Below, in pieces: positions 1 to 15,441 of a stretch of 64,000 bases of DNA; the stretch's first letter is position 1; each line of letters opens with the position of its first letter. This stretch comes from Phoronis australis (lineage: Eukaryota; Animalia; Phoronida). The notes under the pieces were generated by a model, which was not told the origin of the DNA, did no database searches, and worked only from the letters and a program-made list of their open reading frames with translations. The DNA lies in assembly GCA_002633005.1 (NCBI GenBank), contig NMRA01000690.1, forward strand, positions 138,887 through 202,886, read 5' to 3'. The translations under genes were made by a program, and so were the position numbers.

Positions 1-829
1 CTTGATATTACATGAGCACAGAGCGTGACAAGCGCAAAAGACGAAATTTTTCAAGAACAAATATCTCCGTGGGGGATATTTCACGAATTCTAAGACAAAG
101 AACCGGCGAACTCTTCTAAGTGGGATTTACGCTTTACCCTGAAGCTCGACAACTTTCTGGACACACACACGCATTGTATATACTGTAGGTTATTACGTTT
201 AATTTGTTTCCGTCTATCTTACATATGATATTAGTTTTCGACGCGCTCGCCTGACAGAGATAAACCTTTTAGAGCGCCACAGTTTAATGACTTTTAGACG
301 AGGAAACGAGCGTGTATTCATTTCGGTAAACATTCGCGGGAAGAGGAAATGTAAGACATCCGAGTCAGTCATCTTTTTATGAGCTTTTCATTTTCTTTGC
401 ATCAATTTCACTCTTTCATTATTTGTGTTTTTTAATTTCCCAAATGCGTTGCTTCTTTTTCAGATGGAGGTTGGCCAAGACGATGACCAATGAAACTAGT
501 CGCATATAACACATCCTTGCAACTTTTATTTATTCTATTCAAAGTCGTGCGTTCCCATGATCCTGCAGAATTCTCCGCATCAGTGCACACTTTGTCATCG
601 TTACTTGTATTCCGCTTAGTCACGGTTTCCCATTTGACTTTACCTTGTTATAAATAAATAGCTTTGTGCCATTCCCAAATTTAGATCTTAAGAGACATAT
701 TCTATGAACTCTTGCCTGTTGTCCTAATAGGCCGAGTGTATTAAAAACTCAAACACATGTCCAATCATCTTTGATGGGTTTTTGTTAATTGTTGCGCGGC
801 ATAAACTGAACTGTTCAGCAGTGGTTGCA

Positions 830-990
830 CTTGATTGACTCCGCCGGTTCCGCTGGGTTAACGGGCTAAGGCATTTGTCGATTGGTTTTCGGTGTCGAAG
901 ACGTCTTAGACCGCGGTTTACGTGGCGAAACCGACGAAGTTCAAGTGCAGACGAAATGGAAATGTGACGTTATGACGTCATTATCGTTAT
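830..990. promoter_or_regulatory. CpG-rich promoter-like patch with a full CRE (TGACGTCA 973-980) and an ATTGG box
   Basis: Local GC/CpG rise against an AT-rich background; motif presence only. Confidence 0.3.
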
Positions 991-3900
991 CCAGGGCTGC
1001 ATTCCGTAACGCTAGGTCCTTGCAAGTTTGACTACGTAACACAATTCTTCGCAAGATATCGCCGTGCACAGCAAGCGCTCAACATGAATTCAGTAAGTTC
1101 ACTCGCGAGTATGTTGCTTTACTACGGAACGGTTCAGCAAACCTGGTTGAAATGCGACTGAAGATTTGTGAGACTTAAAGGCCTATTCTGGTGCCAAAAT
1201 AACTAGTATTTTTAAATCTAAAATATATGAAAAACATCAACATACGGTATCATAGCACACCCCAGTCATTAATTAAGTAGGCCAATTACTATACAGCAGC
1301 CCTATCACGAACCCTATTTAGCGCCAAAAAAGATTGAGATGACGTTCGCAGCAGTCGAACCCTGTGATATCATTTGGCTTTTACCGTGACTCCATTATAG
1401 AACGAAACGTCGGAGAGCGCACTTCAGATCTTGTAGACAGCCAGCTAGGTGTATGAAGACTATCGTCAAAATACAGCTAGGTGTTGAGCTCCGTTAGACC
1501 CCCAAATTACACACAGCCAGGGTAGTTCTGCCTGCCACCTTTACTTGAAACTTATGTCAATAGGTAGAGCTAACGACCCGCGCGGGTGCATGCAAAATCT
1601 GGGAGTCAACCGAAATTCACCTTGCGCGTTGCAGCCGTTTAAGTTAGAAACAATCTAATTGAAAAACGTTATTTTTGCATAATTCTTTACCTTTTGTAAC
1701 AAAGAAAAGTCTGTAGTTGTTTTGAAAACAACGCGCACGCGCCATCTCCTATAACTTTGCGACATCCCTAGGGAGATGAAAAACTTTTAACGAAGTGAAA
1801 CCAGTGTTCCCATAATGTTGTGATATGAAGGCAGCCTAGTGGAAGAGAAGAACAGTTGATTGAAGAATCGGGGAAATAAACTGACCAATAGGTGACGCAA
1901 TATTTCATGGCCCCAAAAGCCGACGCAAAAAGATCGCACCACAATTTTAGCAGCAGAATAACGGTAGAACGCCAATTTTCCAACCGATCGGTAAATTATT
2001 TATTTTACTCAAGGAAGAGTGTACTTTTTAATGACACTAACTTTTGTCAGATTTTATTTGGTCGGTTTTTACCCACATTGGAACAAAGGTGTAGATTTAG
2101 TATACAACTTTGCACCAAGGCTAGAACAGATCTTGCTGCTCTTAGTATTTTGTCGCCAGTCCTTCCTCGTTGTGGACACGAATCTATTTCATGCACGGCA
2201 CATGACGGGATTGACGGGAAGTTGTATAAATGTATGCCATTGCCGCTTACACAGTTGCACCTTTACACCACGCAACGCGGCATTGTAGCCTACGTCCAAG
2301 AAATGACACTCAGCTGTTGCGCAGTGAGGTTTCGGGGACATATCGATGACACGATGAAGTCATATGTACCACTTTACGCTGATTGGTTGAGAATATCTCT
2401 GGGGCACTCGAAAGGGCTACGGTTTATGGGCTGTTTAAATTACGTCACAATTAATGACTTTCTGTGGTATGTAAGAAGCAAAAACAATATTTTATTTAAA
2501 AAATATTTGTATTTCTTTTGTCAAAAAAGTGTTTCGGTCGCTAGAGGATACCTTTAAAACCTTGGCACGCAAGCACGAATTTCCCTTGCCGTTTACTTTA
2601 CCAGAATCAATGACGTCACACAATTGTGTTTTATTGCTTGCTTTACCAGGTGTTACTGTCAGTACGTGCTTGCATGGATTAGCGCGGGATAGCTAACTAA
2701 AGATAGAAATGAACGCAAAATTACGGTTCAGGTTTACTTTAAGGCCACAGGCCGCATTCCCACACACGGGAAAATACGGATACCTCATACGTTCAAGAAT
2801 TCTTCGCAGCTACCTCTTGTAAAAATTCATGTCATGTTTATTGCCTCCTATGAATGGTATTTTATATAAATATGACGGAAACCGTGTACATGAAATAAGT
2901 ACTTTGATAGGCACTAGGCTTTTAATAACGATTCGATTGCGGGTATATGTGTAATTTCTTCTTGGTGAGCTGTAAATGTGTTTCACATGTGGGGCTGTCC
3001 GAAAGCACTTACGGAGGAGATAAACTGCGGCGTTAATATAGCTAATGGAAATAGCAGTGATATCAGTTTGTAAATCGTATGATGACAGATCTACAATTGA
3101 AGGCACGCTTCAGGTGATTACGTACGGTGTGAATCTTAAAATTCTTTTCTCTCTTCATATGATTCTATGTGCTGTTCTTACAGCCCATACAGGTGGTGGT
3201 AACGAAGACAAAAGAGCGTAATCCGTGTTATGAAATTCAGAGAATTAGTTTGCAGTCAAATTTAGCTTAAACAAATGAATTCAAAAGAAATATCTCTACA
3301 TTCATTTTCTTCACGTATTTTCGTTGATATGTAAGCAGTAATTTTGTGCACAAATATTGTTTTGTTTGATCGGTACCAAAACCGTGATCTCAACTGCGCA
3401 CCTGTTTATGCATTCAACAAAAAATAACAGCTTTGGTCTTACCCACAAACCAAGGGCACTCATGCGTGTTCAAATTAAATTTCCTGATATTTCGTCTTAA
3501 ATATTTTTACTTCTTGCTGTGTTTTCCCTGTGACTCTGACAAGTTTGGCATTGTGCGTTCTAAGCTTTGCGTCTCTTGTTTGTAAATTAGGACTGTCTTT
3601 GAAATAGATTTCATTTGGTCACCTAACATCGATATACATTTACGTTTCCGAGACACAGAAAGTTTTTTGATTCTCAAGAAATGATATTCAAATTAATTTA
3701 AACTTTGCTGTTTTAGGGCTCACGTGCGTATGTTCCCAACACTCTTCCCGGTTGGCAATTTGAGTAAGAGAATGTGAAAAGCAAATAGGCTTATGTTTGT
3801 ACCTGTATGTGTGTGTGCCAAAAATGAATATTTTGATTTTTTGGAGTGGCACTTCGTCGTGTACATAAACAAGACCTCAAACTGTGCTCTGTTATACAGT

Positions 3901-4608
3901 TCACCATGTTTTCGTCACGTGGTACATGTTTATAGCACGCATGCGTCTGCGCCGTGACGAAAACCATTTGAGTGGAATAGAAATGTCACATTAAAATTTG
4001 TTACTGTGGTGTCACCCGGATATTCTACATTTCTGAACCATTTTGTTTGATTGTGGTTCTGTAAAAAGAACATTAGATGAGTGAGACATGAATGGAGCAA
4101 CAATTACTGAATCTATATTTCGCCCTATTTGACTGGTTAAATGGCGAAGATAGAAGTAGCTCTTTTACTGTCATAAAATCCGTCTCATAATATTCCATAT
4201 CGTGGTAGGATTTTATTGCCGTTACCAACACGAACATCGAAACCATCAGCGGCTCAAGAAAACGCTTCAGAGGTTATTGGTTTTAGCCAATCCTACAATT
4301 CATTGCAAATTCGAAAAGGGTGCTTGTTCGCTTAGCCTTGGACTTGGTTGTTATCGGAAATGGAATCCTATCACGCTATATTCGAGACCAATTTTGCATT
4401 TTCGTGTTAGGCACCTAAACAGGGAGAAATGAAAATGTTCCTAATCTAGAAGGTCCTGCGCCCAGTCGTAGTTAAGACCGTCCTATCTTACTTTTTCCTG
4501 ACGTGCGACAGTTCGTATCACGAAGACGGTTGTTGAGTGTTAACACGGACGACGGTACTATTTCCGTACGTTGCAATGTTCCGTCTCCATAAAAAGTAGC
4601 GTCGCACT

Positions 4609-4695
4609 CAGTGGCGGATTTAGAATGTTTGACAGGCAAAATCCTGGCTAATACTCTGTCCTGCCCCCCCATTCAAAATCCTGGATCCACCCTTG
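4609..4695. mobile_element. Internally deleted family-D MITE
   Basis: CAGTGGCGGATT...GGATCCACCCTTG; 3' part matches 10495-10564. Confidence 0.7.
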
Positions 4696-5531
4696 TCACA
4701 CGCACCTACGCGCCTCCGACCACTTTAGCCACGACATGTGACACAGCAGGTGACTGGAGATTGCAAGTGAAAACTCGATTTTGTATCATGAAGTGACAAA
4801 TAATTTAAAGCATTGGTTATTACGAAAATGGGTATTTATATCAGTGTGTAACAGGCAAGTAATGTCCTTACGTGTTATTTTTTAGCAAATTCACAAAACA
4901 GTCAGTATGTTATCGAATTCCACTCATGATTTTCGCATAAATGTTTTCTTATTCTTTATTTCATATTTCTTTCGCAGAACAAATACTTGGGGAAATGAAA
5001 TACATCAATATTCTGATATTGTCGTTGGTTTTGAATCAAGCGTGTTTTCGTTATAACCAAGTGTTTATCGCCATCGTGACGAACCATATGAATGTGTGTT
5101 GTTTTGTTATCTGGCTAAGTTTTTAAAGAATACATCTAACAATCACATAGATATTTAAGTTATCCTATAAAACAACAATACAAACAAAACAGTATTTATT
5201 CGCACCAGAGTCATTGGGATAAATTAAGTTAATTACCGAAAGATTCACCCTGCCCGCGTGCTTGCTCGTAACAACGCGAGTGATAATTTCTAGGTTAATG
5301 AGCGACTCCAATGGTTTTTGACGCATGAAAACGAGACGGAATAACCGATTTGGATTTTGTTAATGGAAACATGTTGGAGTGCTCTAGGGCATGCGGTGCG
5401 CGCATTGCACCTAGACAACCTCTCTTTCTGGGTTACTTGGTCTCCACTGACCCTTTACCATCGAAGAACATACAGTGAGCCTCATCGCCAGCAACTTAGT
5501 CATTGCAATAAAAAGACTTGATTGTATAAAA

Positions 5532-5534
<3 letters not shown>

Positions 5535-5608
<74 letters not shown>
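5535..5608. repeat. (GT)37 microsatellite
   Basis: Perfect dinucleotide run. Confidence 0.98.
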
Positions 5609-5610
<2 letters not shown>

Positions 5611-8600
5611 AAAAGACAAGTTACACAATAGTAGCGCTCCTTTCTTGACACGCCCTCTCATATGCATTTTATAGCAGTGACATCTGGTGGTTACGTACAT
5701 GTAGGCCTACATGTGTAACTGTTCAAAATCAATGATTGTTTGTTCGCAAAAGAAGAAGTTGCAAATCCTTGAATTTTTTCGAGACTTTGTGTTCTATCAC
5801 TTCAATTGTAATATGACTGATGAAAACAAGAAGACATTGATCTATATATATGTATACTTTGCAGTTAGAATCCGTCGAATAAGATTCATTACTCTACAGG
5901 AGAATGATTTCGAAATCGCATTCCCGAAAAAGTACTTTTATATCTCTCTTTTATCAGCGCAATGCGGCGAAGTGTGCAATTGATTATTCTGGAGTCTGTT
6001 TTAAACCCTTCCGAGTTTGATTTTAATGAAGCTTTTCCAAACGCTCTCGTGACTATGAATGACATCTGCTTACGAAATTGACAAGTCTTTGTCCGTTAGA
6101 GAGGATATGTGCGCATTTAGGCCCATGCGCTTATATCTTTATGCTTTTTAAATGACTTGCTCAAGTGTTTGCGCCTAAAGGTTACTTATACGCCCAGCCG
6201 GATATGCGGCTGTATAGCAACTGCGGAGGTTGCAGATTCGAATCCGAGCGGCGACTGAAATCAGAAAATCCGTTTCCTCTCCGATAATGAATTTATTTAA
6301 AAATACTTGCATATACGTTTGTATCTATTGAAAGTTGCATTTGAAAATTAATTGAGTTGAACAATTCCATCAGCTTTATTAATTTTTCTACAAGTAGCTA
6401 TTGCTGAAAATCAAAGTCTTGTTTTCGTGAAACAATTCAACAACTGTCTTTAAACTTGAAATGGCGAACCCACACAGTTAGTTTTACAGTGATAAATCAA
6501 TTATTCAGAGACTTACACTTGTCATTCCCAGCGACGGCCGTCTGTCTGTGTTTAATACGCACTAATTAGTTGGACCAATCCTCAGGCTGATTACTAATTG
6601 ATATTTCCAATAATATAAACTTTCTTTAAACACAGATCAGCTACTTAATGCAAACACATTACGACATTAAAGGGGTGTGCCTTAGACAGCATTATCTTAG
6701 TCTAGCTAAAATATATCAAGTACATTAGACTGAGTTGTTGCTGTTGGAAGCGTGAGTTGTTATTTGAGACAGGTAAAGAGACAAAAACGAACAGAATCGA
6801 GAAACAAAATATTATCAAAAAGGAAATAATAACGAATATAGAATGAAGTTGAAATGATGGCGAAAATTTTTGATTGGTGTCGAAGGCTAAATCGTCATAT
6901 TTATCCAAGCTATGGACATTTTGCCTTCAGAAAGTTTTTTTCTCAGTTTTAGGCGTCATTAATTTTATACTTCTTAATTATCAAATCTTCTCATTTGTTT
7001 CGGGTTGGCCGACGTTTTCAGCAAAAATATCATCTTCTCTGCGCCAAAATTGAAAAATGTTTACTGCACTACTGTTTTGATAAAATAACGTTGTTTGTTC
7101 ACACACTAAGTTACGTACAAAAAGAACAATGTGGTGATTAATTCGGACACATGTTAAGCACAATTGAATATCAATGAGATTGCGCTGATTGAGTTTGCTA
7201 ATATCTCTAGTTGCTTAAATTTTTAGAATCAATACAGATTAACGTATTTACCGTTTCCAAGTCATCTACTCGACATCGAAAATCGATTTCTTATAGCAAA
7301 TGTTAAAAGATTTGTTGTTGATAAAAACATTGGTTTTTACGGCGTTGGTCTGTTCGACACGTAGAGCCTTTCGACTACAGTAGTAGTTTTCGGAGGATTT
7401 GACGTGCCTTCTCAGGAAACTAGAAACGAATACAATTAAATTCTACAGTCGTGTTTAAACGGGTCACTGTTTGATGGAACGGAAAGCCGACAATTTAAGG
7501 GCGATGAGTGAATTCGCAATATTTCAATTATTAAAATCACGAGAGTGGCAAAAAGGGGTAATTGGCGAAACGAGCGGGGGGGGGTTCGAGTTAGTGCAAC
7601 AACCGAGAAAAAAGGAATGATCTTGTAAACGCTCGGGTCGATTACATTTCAGGACAAACTGTGGCAAATTTTCACCTCCCCAGGGACAAATCGAAACTAA
7701 TACAGCGGCGATATCTGATAACTGTGTTCATACTTTTATTAAATTTAACACTAATGCCGAATCAATTTGAATTCTCGATCAAAATTTGAGTGTTCAGCAT
7801 CATGACAAAGTCTTCGTCATCTAGGACTAATATTTTGTCTTAAAAGATACATGTCAACGCTAATCTTGTATTGCAAACCTTATTGACGTCCGGTTATTTG
7901 AGAGATCCATTTTCCCGTTATTTTGTTTGTAAATAACAGTCAACCACTACTAGTTTGGAAAAACATAAATGTGGTTAACCCGTCACATCGACAGGACCCT
8001 GGTACTCTTTTAATCATTTATTCAAATAGTCAATACAATAATATCTCCGTTGATAAGACAATTGGTAGATTAAGTAGATACAAATAGGGCTTGGGTGTCA
8101 CCCCAGAGATAGCCCGTTGACATTCAGCCAGTACCTTGACCATAAGAACAAATATAAATTTTACAACGCGATAATTTTGACACGCTTTGTACATGTAGAT
8201 TGGTTCGTGAACGGGAATTTCAAATCCGTGTTTTGATTCCACATGTGAAACTAGAAGTCCGATATTCTTGTTTCCTCTACCCTTACCCGCGTGAATTCCT
8301 GCCGTTTAGACGACTAAAAAGATAAACGTTATACACTTCGTTATTTTTTCTTATGTATACGTGAGGCCATTTTAAATGTAGAGCTACAATGGAGTAGATA
8401 TTCCGAAGTGAAAATTCAGTTTACGGTCTCCGATCTTTTTTTCTCATTTATGATGACTTACATTTTTTGAATCCAAATATTTAGTAGACGTACCAACCAC
8501 TCACGTTGTTTAATGTTGTTTAATGATAACACTGAGTGGCACCAGATATATATATATATAACATTTTCAAATTTATTTTGAAATTGCTTTGTTTATCCGA

Positions 8601-10398
8601 TTCGTAAGAAGAACACACAAATCTTATATAACTGCTGATCAGACATTCTATTTCATATCAGCCAAAATGCGATCAATTAGTTGAGATAATTTGAATGTTG
8701 TTGCTTAATGCCAATTAAAATTTTACAGCTTTTAACTAATACTCTGAGATATTTTAATTTCGGTATTAAAACAGTCACACATACTGAGTTTCTGAGCACA
8801 AGATTACTCCAATAATCCCAACGTAGCTAATTTTCAGTCACAAGGTGATTTGACTATCTTTTAAATCCTACTTGAGACTCACTGAAGACGATAAATGTAA
8901 TTACATAAACGTTAGCGAAGTGGGGTACATTCTGCACTAAGACATTTCATGAATTAAACCACGTGACCTCTTAATGGTCGCCAGTGGTCTCTGGGATTGT
9001 TTACGGATGTTTATCGTACTGTCATCGCGACGAAGTCATTCGAGTGCAGCATTTGGGCGAATTATGGTTTTTACAACAATAAATGTGAATATAGCACCTT
9101 GATATCATATTTAAATAAATTAAAATTCAGATTTTTGATTTCTTTAAACGTGAGATGTTTGTTTACAAATCGTTTGCCGTATTGTCAAAGACGCCGATAA
9201 CGTAAAAATGTTAGCCTATCCATTGCCATCGTTTGGGGCTGTTAATCATGACGTTATTTCGTGAAGGATGCGCCTCCTGGTGCTGTGTTGTCATCACTAT
9301 CGGGGAAATGACCAAAACAGTCACCGGAGAGAAAAAATATACAATGAACGTCTGTCGAGTCTTTTTTATCAGTGCAGTATATTTAGGTAACTTATCATTA
9401 AAAACAGCAATAATGATTTTAACTATTCCTGTAAGTGCATATTTGTTTTGTTTTTCCGATGATAATATAACATTGTTAACGATTAGGGCTTACATTTTAT
9501 ACATCACGTAATTGATTAAAGGGATATCATTGACGAGGATCAATAGGCCAAAGTCTCGTTTACCCCAAGTAATACCCGTTGCTCCATGGAACAAACTTGC
9601 AAAGTGACATATCTTACTTTTAGTTTGAAATTAAAGGAAAATACTTTTTACGGCGTGGGGATTCCCATTTGTAAAGAGATGTCTCAACCATGACTGTTCA
9701 GTATAATACTGGTATCAGATTAACTCCTCTAGAAACTCTTTGAATGATTTAGCTGTTAACGCTGTCCAACTAACTTAAAGCAGTGAATTGGCGGGTGACA
9801 CCGTCCTATTTTTAAGACAAGTACACTGTACTGTCTGTTGCAGATAAATGAAACAGAAAACGACAGATTTAGGTATGGATACACCATTGCTTACAATGAA
9901 AACTTTCAAACTTTTTACGAATTGAAAGGGGGTTATAAAAATTTCCGAATACAGAAAAAAGACGAGTTAAAAATATGTAACTTGACTTACGAATCTCTGG
10001 TGAACGTTTCAGAGAAATGAGCTGGAAACAAGCAAAGGGCCTCGGAAATGATTTGCTAAACTGAAATTGTACAGTAGTGCTTATAGTTGCTTCAAACCCG
10101 CTTTCAGCACTGTTTCAAATTGTTCTGCAGCTAAATTGGAAGAGGTTTCAGGGCTCGGAAAGAACGTCTCGTTATTGCTCGACGTGAGAATAGGTTCTGT
10201 AAGTTGGCTTGTCCCAGCGTCGCATTTAATGCGTCGGGCACGGTATCAAGGAATATCGAAGTGTCAGTCTTTTGCAAACATGGAAATCCCTTCTCATGTC
10301 AGTCTGGAACCAGTTGAGGCGAATTTTATAGTGGTAAGCGATCTACGGAACGCGGATTTCATACATGCAGTACAGCCGCTTTAAAAGTTTTGATAAAC

Positions 10399-10564
10399 CA
10401 CTGGCGGACTTAAGGGGGGACAAGGTGCAATGACCCCCCCCCCAAAAAAAAAAATTCTTCGTATTCCATTTGGCACTTCGGGGGTGCGAATATCTGACAG
10501 GCAAAATCCTGACTAATACTCTGCCCTGCCCCCCCCCCAACTCAAAACCCTGGATTCGCCCCTG
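10399..10564. mobile_element. Small G/C-run MITE (family D), CA...TG termini, 5-bp TSD
   Basis: Ends CACTGGCGGA / TTCGCCCCTG; TAAAC on both flanks. Shares TGACAGGCAAAATCCTG.CTAATACTCTG with 4609-4695. Confidence 0.75.
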
Positions 10565-13500
10565 TAAACCTACACGTATAATAATCATTCTATAGCTGAT
10601 TTTGGTTTTATGTTAACTTTTAATATTTGCACACTCAAATGACTTGTTGTCGTGCATATTGATATAAAACACCGAGGTTACTCGGTATGAACATACATCT
10701 CTACGAAAGAACAAAAAAATAAATATACTTCGTGGTGAAATCATCTAGTCGCCTTGTATCCATATCTTTGAATACATACTGTCAACAGGGTCGCTAAGTA
10801 ACTAAGCCCTTTAAGAGTTCGGAGGGTGTGTTTTACATGAGCTCTCAGGACTTATTCTGATAACTGTCCAGACGTGTCGTTAGTCGTATCACTGAACTAT
10901 TGCGACAAGTTCAGTGAGTTTAGAAAAACGTTAAATTCGATGATTACGGTGTTTTAAAGTATCGGCTAACACTTAATGCAGCGCGAAGAAATCGTCTACA
11001 ATATTACAATGTTACTACCGTCTTGTTGAATACATTCAGTAGCGTCCCCTATCAACCGCGTCACACAACACATAATAAGGTTACGTACATGTAAGACCCT
11101 AGAAAAATGTCCAAGTTTGGCTAATTTTGTAGCATCTTATCTCAGAACTTCAGTTACTATGTTTTATGCACTGTTATCCAATACAATGTTGAAATTGTTT
11201 TTTAAAATGATCCACTACTGCGGGAGGGCTTATCAAAAATAGGACTTCATGATTTTTATGAAAAAAATCAAACGGTACGTGAACGAAAACGAATGATAAT
11301 TAAGAAAACTGTGTGTTAGAGATTTCATCTTGAAGATTTGTATCAAATGGAATTAGAACATGTTAGTGATGCTGTTGTTTTGCTGTGAAAGTACCTTTCT
11401 TTTTCTTTTTCCTTAATTTCATTAAAAAGACATAGTCAGTAGTCAGGTGGTCAGGTGGACCAATCAATTGCAGATTGGTACAAAGTAAAAAATCAGAGCT
11501 TGCAGGCTTTCTGCTTTCAAAAAATATATACTTTTACAGAGTTTTATTTCGTAGTCCTGTAAACATTTGGCTGAAGGCACAGACATGTCAGCAATGGTAC
11601 TACATAACCTTTAAGCAATATTCACTGATCATGCCGCATGATAAGGAAGAAAGCCGAAAGGTTACAGTGTTTACCTTTTATAACTTTCAAAGCGAATGAC
11701 GTTAAAAACCATCGAATAGTGTCGATTGCAACATGTTAATCACCGAGTGATGGGTGTGCCAAAACATGAAATTCCTGGTTAAGTCTTTATCGTGGAATTT
11801 TTTGTGCGTACTGTTTGACAAAATCGTAAAGTACATAGTTTCGTGAAAGATTGTCGAACCATCAGTTTTTAATTCTTCGATAACCAGTGGTGTCTTTTTA
11901 TGAACAGTGAAAGAAGACTTAAATTTGGTTGTACGACCGACACAACTATTTTTGTAAAGCAAATAAATCTCGCTTGAGAAAAAGGGTAAATTCTCTGAGA
12001 ATATTTACAAAGTTACAAATAATGAGAATTCTTTATCAATTATTTCTACACTGTAATGCGCTCGTAATTACTTGGCTAAACTTTTATTAGCTTTTGTGAA
12101 GTGAGGAGCGCAAGTCACATTCATAGAACCAGGCCGCAAGTCAGCTCCATACGACGTTTTTAGGAATTCGTGGCACACATTCTCCCAACAATTATGTCAT
12201 CTTCTTTTTCGGCATTAAATGATACTAATATTTGATACACTGATTTATGATTTTATCGCATGTCAACAAACGTGATGTCACTAGAGTATGCCTTCCCTTT
12301 TGTTACAATATGGCTTCTCGCCGAACTCTCGAAGACAAAATGTGCACAAGTAGACCGCGCATGTTGGGTAGTTCCGTTAGCACAGGACTCTCACTACGTA
12401 CAGTAAGTCAGTGTGATCAAGTGCACAGCTTTTATACTTGGCGACATCTCGCCAGGTATTTCATATTAGGTGTTTTCGCGCGCCAGGATAATTTCATTGG
12501 CGCAGACGGTCTTAATTTCTGTAATACTAACTTGATTCTCAACTCGGTCTATTAGCGTAACGAACCAAGAAAGATTGTCCTTTGCACATATAAGCAAACC
12601 AGTCTGAACACAGAGGACGTTTCTTGCGAATAACCTCTGACTAGCAGTGTGCAGACATCGACCTACTGCAAATGTTTAAAAGTACACTGTGTGTGGACAT
12701 TTACACCATACAGACGTGCAAACAAAAGGCAAAAAACACAATTATTGGTTTGCTCTTTTTCGGCGGAGGCTTTCACAACCGTTTAGCCAGTTCACAAAAT
12801 CATTGGATATCCATAGTTTTGTTCATAAAATGTAGACGTAGACTGATTACCCTTTGACGGAGTCCTTGTATGAAGCGCTATCTATTGAGAGATGTGAGAG
12901 AAACTTGTGCCATGGCTGGCAAACTGAGTCTGTTGAAAACCGGTCTGCGTTCAAAAGATGCGAGAAATTCATAAAAACGCATACCCTACCTCGAGTCGGC
13001 TCACCAGGAACGGTCTGACAACGTGTCACAGAATTCGACGACATTCATAGGTCCGCTAAAACGTAGTTCCGTAAAGAATCGTGTTAAGTCGAGAATGAAA
13101 GCTTTTGAAAGTTTTAGGCAGAAAGTCAGCAGTGAATGTACCATTAAAGGCGATGTGAAAATGTCGCTCAGGTGGATGCAGCGAAGAATATTAATATAAT
13201 TTAATTTGTCACACAAAAGTTTTTACGAAAAGGGTAGTTGTATAAATCATAAGCACAAATTGTCATTCTTTCTATGGTACAATATCTTTTCTTTGCGTTT
13301 GTTCTCTGGAAAAATGAAGTTGCCGTGGGCGAGTGAAAAATTACTGCAACAGGTGCGTGGTAATATAGATTTACGAGCAAGGGAACGAAACAACAGAACT
13401 GAAGTCCAATTATCAAAGGCATCAATGGTCACTTCGTATTGCTTTTGATACCCATCAGATCTCAGTAAGAGACTGCACGCTAGTGTTGGCTTAAAGTCCT

Positions 13501-14807
13501 TCTCTCAAACTGCCCATGTGGTTCCCGTATCCGAAAATACTTACTACATAAAATCTTATTTTCGACACCCTTTCTTTATATTCTTTTCGCCTTTCTTGCC
13601 AAAAGCGATTTTTGAACAGTATTTGACCCTTCTCTCTGAGCGTATGATTACCGGTTGTCGTCGGTTATTTCCGTACCCACATTTCCGGCTCATCGGTTCA
13701 GGAACTTGTCCTGAACGCCGCCATGTTTTCCTTGTAACTGAATGTGCTATCGCTTGCTCGAAAAGTCTTCATTATTTTGTTTTATTAGTAATATCTCGTG
13801 ATTCATTTGCATATGTACTGTATTTATAGTTTGTAGTTAGTGGTCGTTGATTTTTTTGGAATGTTACGCGTACTTAGTATGTTAAAATAGCATTGGTGTT
13901 TAGTTCCTTATGTAGGCCGGTCGAACCTAGGAACCAATATGAGTCGAACCAATTTTTTTCGGTTTTATTTTTTTCTCGTTTTGAAAAAGTACTTTGCTAT
14001 CATCGGAAAGGTAGTGCATTCTACTCAGTAAAAATCGAAAAAGTATCAAAATCGGGGCAAGCAGTGTAAAGTTATTGCAAGTTTTGTGGCGAAATTTGGG
14101 TCACTTTGTTTGGATCGCGTCGGCCATATTGGAGGACAGCGGGATAAGGTACGAGTTTAAAAATTTGTGTAAATTGTTTTCGCCAACAAATTACGGTGAA
14201 ATTTAGTTAGACATATCTTTACTTACTATTCTGCACGATTTAACAGTGTTCACCAAGTTTCAGCCTCGCAGTTGTTACTCATTAAATGATAAATGTGCTC
14301 ACAATTCCCGTTGGACTTCATCTCATTTCGGGCGGCACCGACAACATGGCGACATTTGCTGAACTGAAAGGCATGTTCAATCGGCTACTTTGTAATTTTT
14401 GAAGATTTAACGTTGATACATTTTGACAAACGTTGCTACAAAAAAGAAACTTTGTTCAATTTTCGTGTTTTTTGTGCAAAAATATAAGATGTATTCGAAT
14501 TATTTTATTGTAAATTTCCCATTCAGGTGATCTTACACTAAGCTAAAAAAGTAGTTGAAATAATTTTGAAATGGTTTTTTGTTTGACTGTCAGCTGCTGA
14601 CCATTCTTTTAGGCTTGNTGCAATAAAGAATAGTGCGTTTGTGGTGTTATCGGATATTGAGTACACGGTTGTGATATGCTGTGCTTTGAAAGCAGGTTTA
14701 ATGATGCTGACAATGTTGCCACTTGTCAAAAGAAGGCAAATTATGATTTAAGTACTTAAGCTTAGACCGATATCGAGCTAACTAATAAGACCCGGCAAAA
14801 TGTCTTA

Positions 14808-15441
14808 GCCCCGTTTGATGAAATTTCTTAAGATCAAAATTAAGACCGGAAATTAGCTTGCTATGGAGTAAACGTAAGATTCGACTTTTGGTCTAAGTGA
14901 GTATTAGCACTATAAACTGCTGAGGAACAAATTCAGTTGATATTTTTCGTAATCTAATGTCCCTAAACAATGTCAAATTGAAGATCGTCTGCTTTCGATT
15001 CTAGAACCGGCAATGGCCGCAGAGACAACGCAGTCCGACGGCACATGAGGGATGATATTTTCCAGCCACACCTGGGTCTTCTCAAGCAAACAAGTTCCCA
15101 TGCATTTTTATCCAAAATGTAAGTAAATCCGCACCTAGATTTTCAAGGTCAAGAGTAATCTTGAAACCATATTTCACATACCGCCTCGCTTAGTTTTGTG
15201 AATTCGCAACAGGTGGCGAAAGCGTAGTTTGTATACTCACCTATGTCAAAAACCGATAATACACGCAGTGTTGGCTTACGTAGTAAATGGACTTAATTTC
15301 CCTCTAAGTTGAGACCGGAGACCAAAATGAAAGGGTCCTTTCTGAATTTTCGTCTTCAGTCTTAACTTTGCCGATTTTCAGTTACAACTTCAAATTTTTG
15401 GTCTTAAGTTAAGTCTTATGCCACTTTCAACAAACGGGCGC
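14808..15441. mobile_element. Degenerate Harbinger-like MITE
   Basis: Imperfect ~45-bp inverted ends CCCGTTTG(A/T)TGAAA...TTAAGACC; TTAAGA-rich subtermini. Confidence 0.5.

Noticed and set aside
1892-2557. Longest ORF in the track (221 aa)
   Set aside because: GTG start, no recognisable domain, random-like composition, no splice context.
6195-6260. tRNA-like B-box (ATTCGAATCC); similar fragments near 36820-36900, 42170-42210 and 48210-48255
   Set aside because: No complete cloverleaf; at best decayed SINE heads, not tRNA genes.
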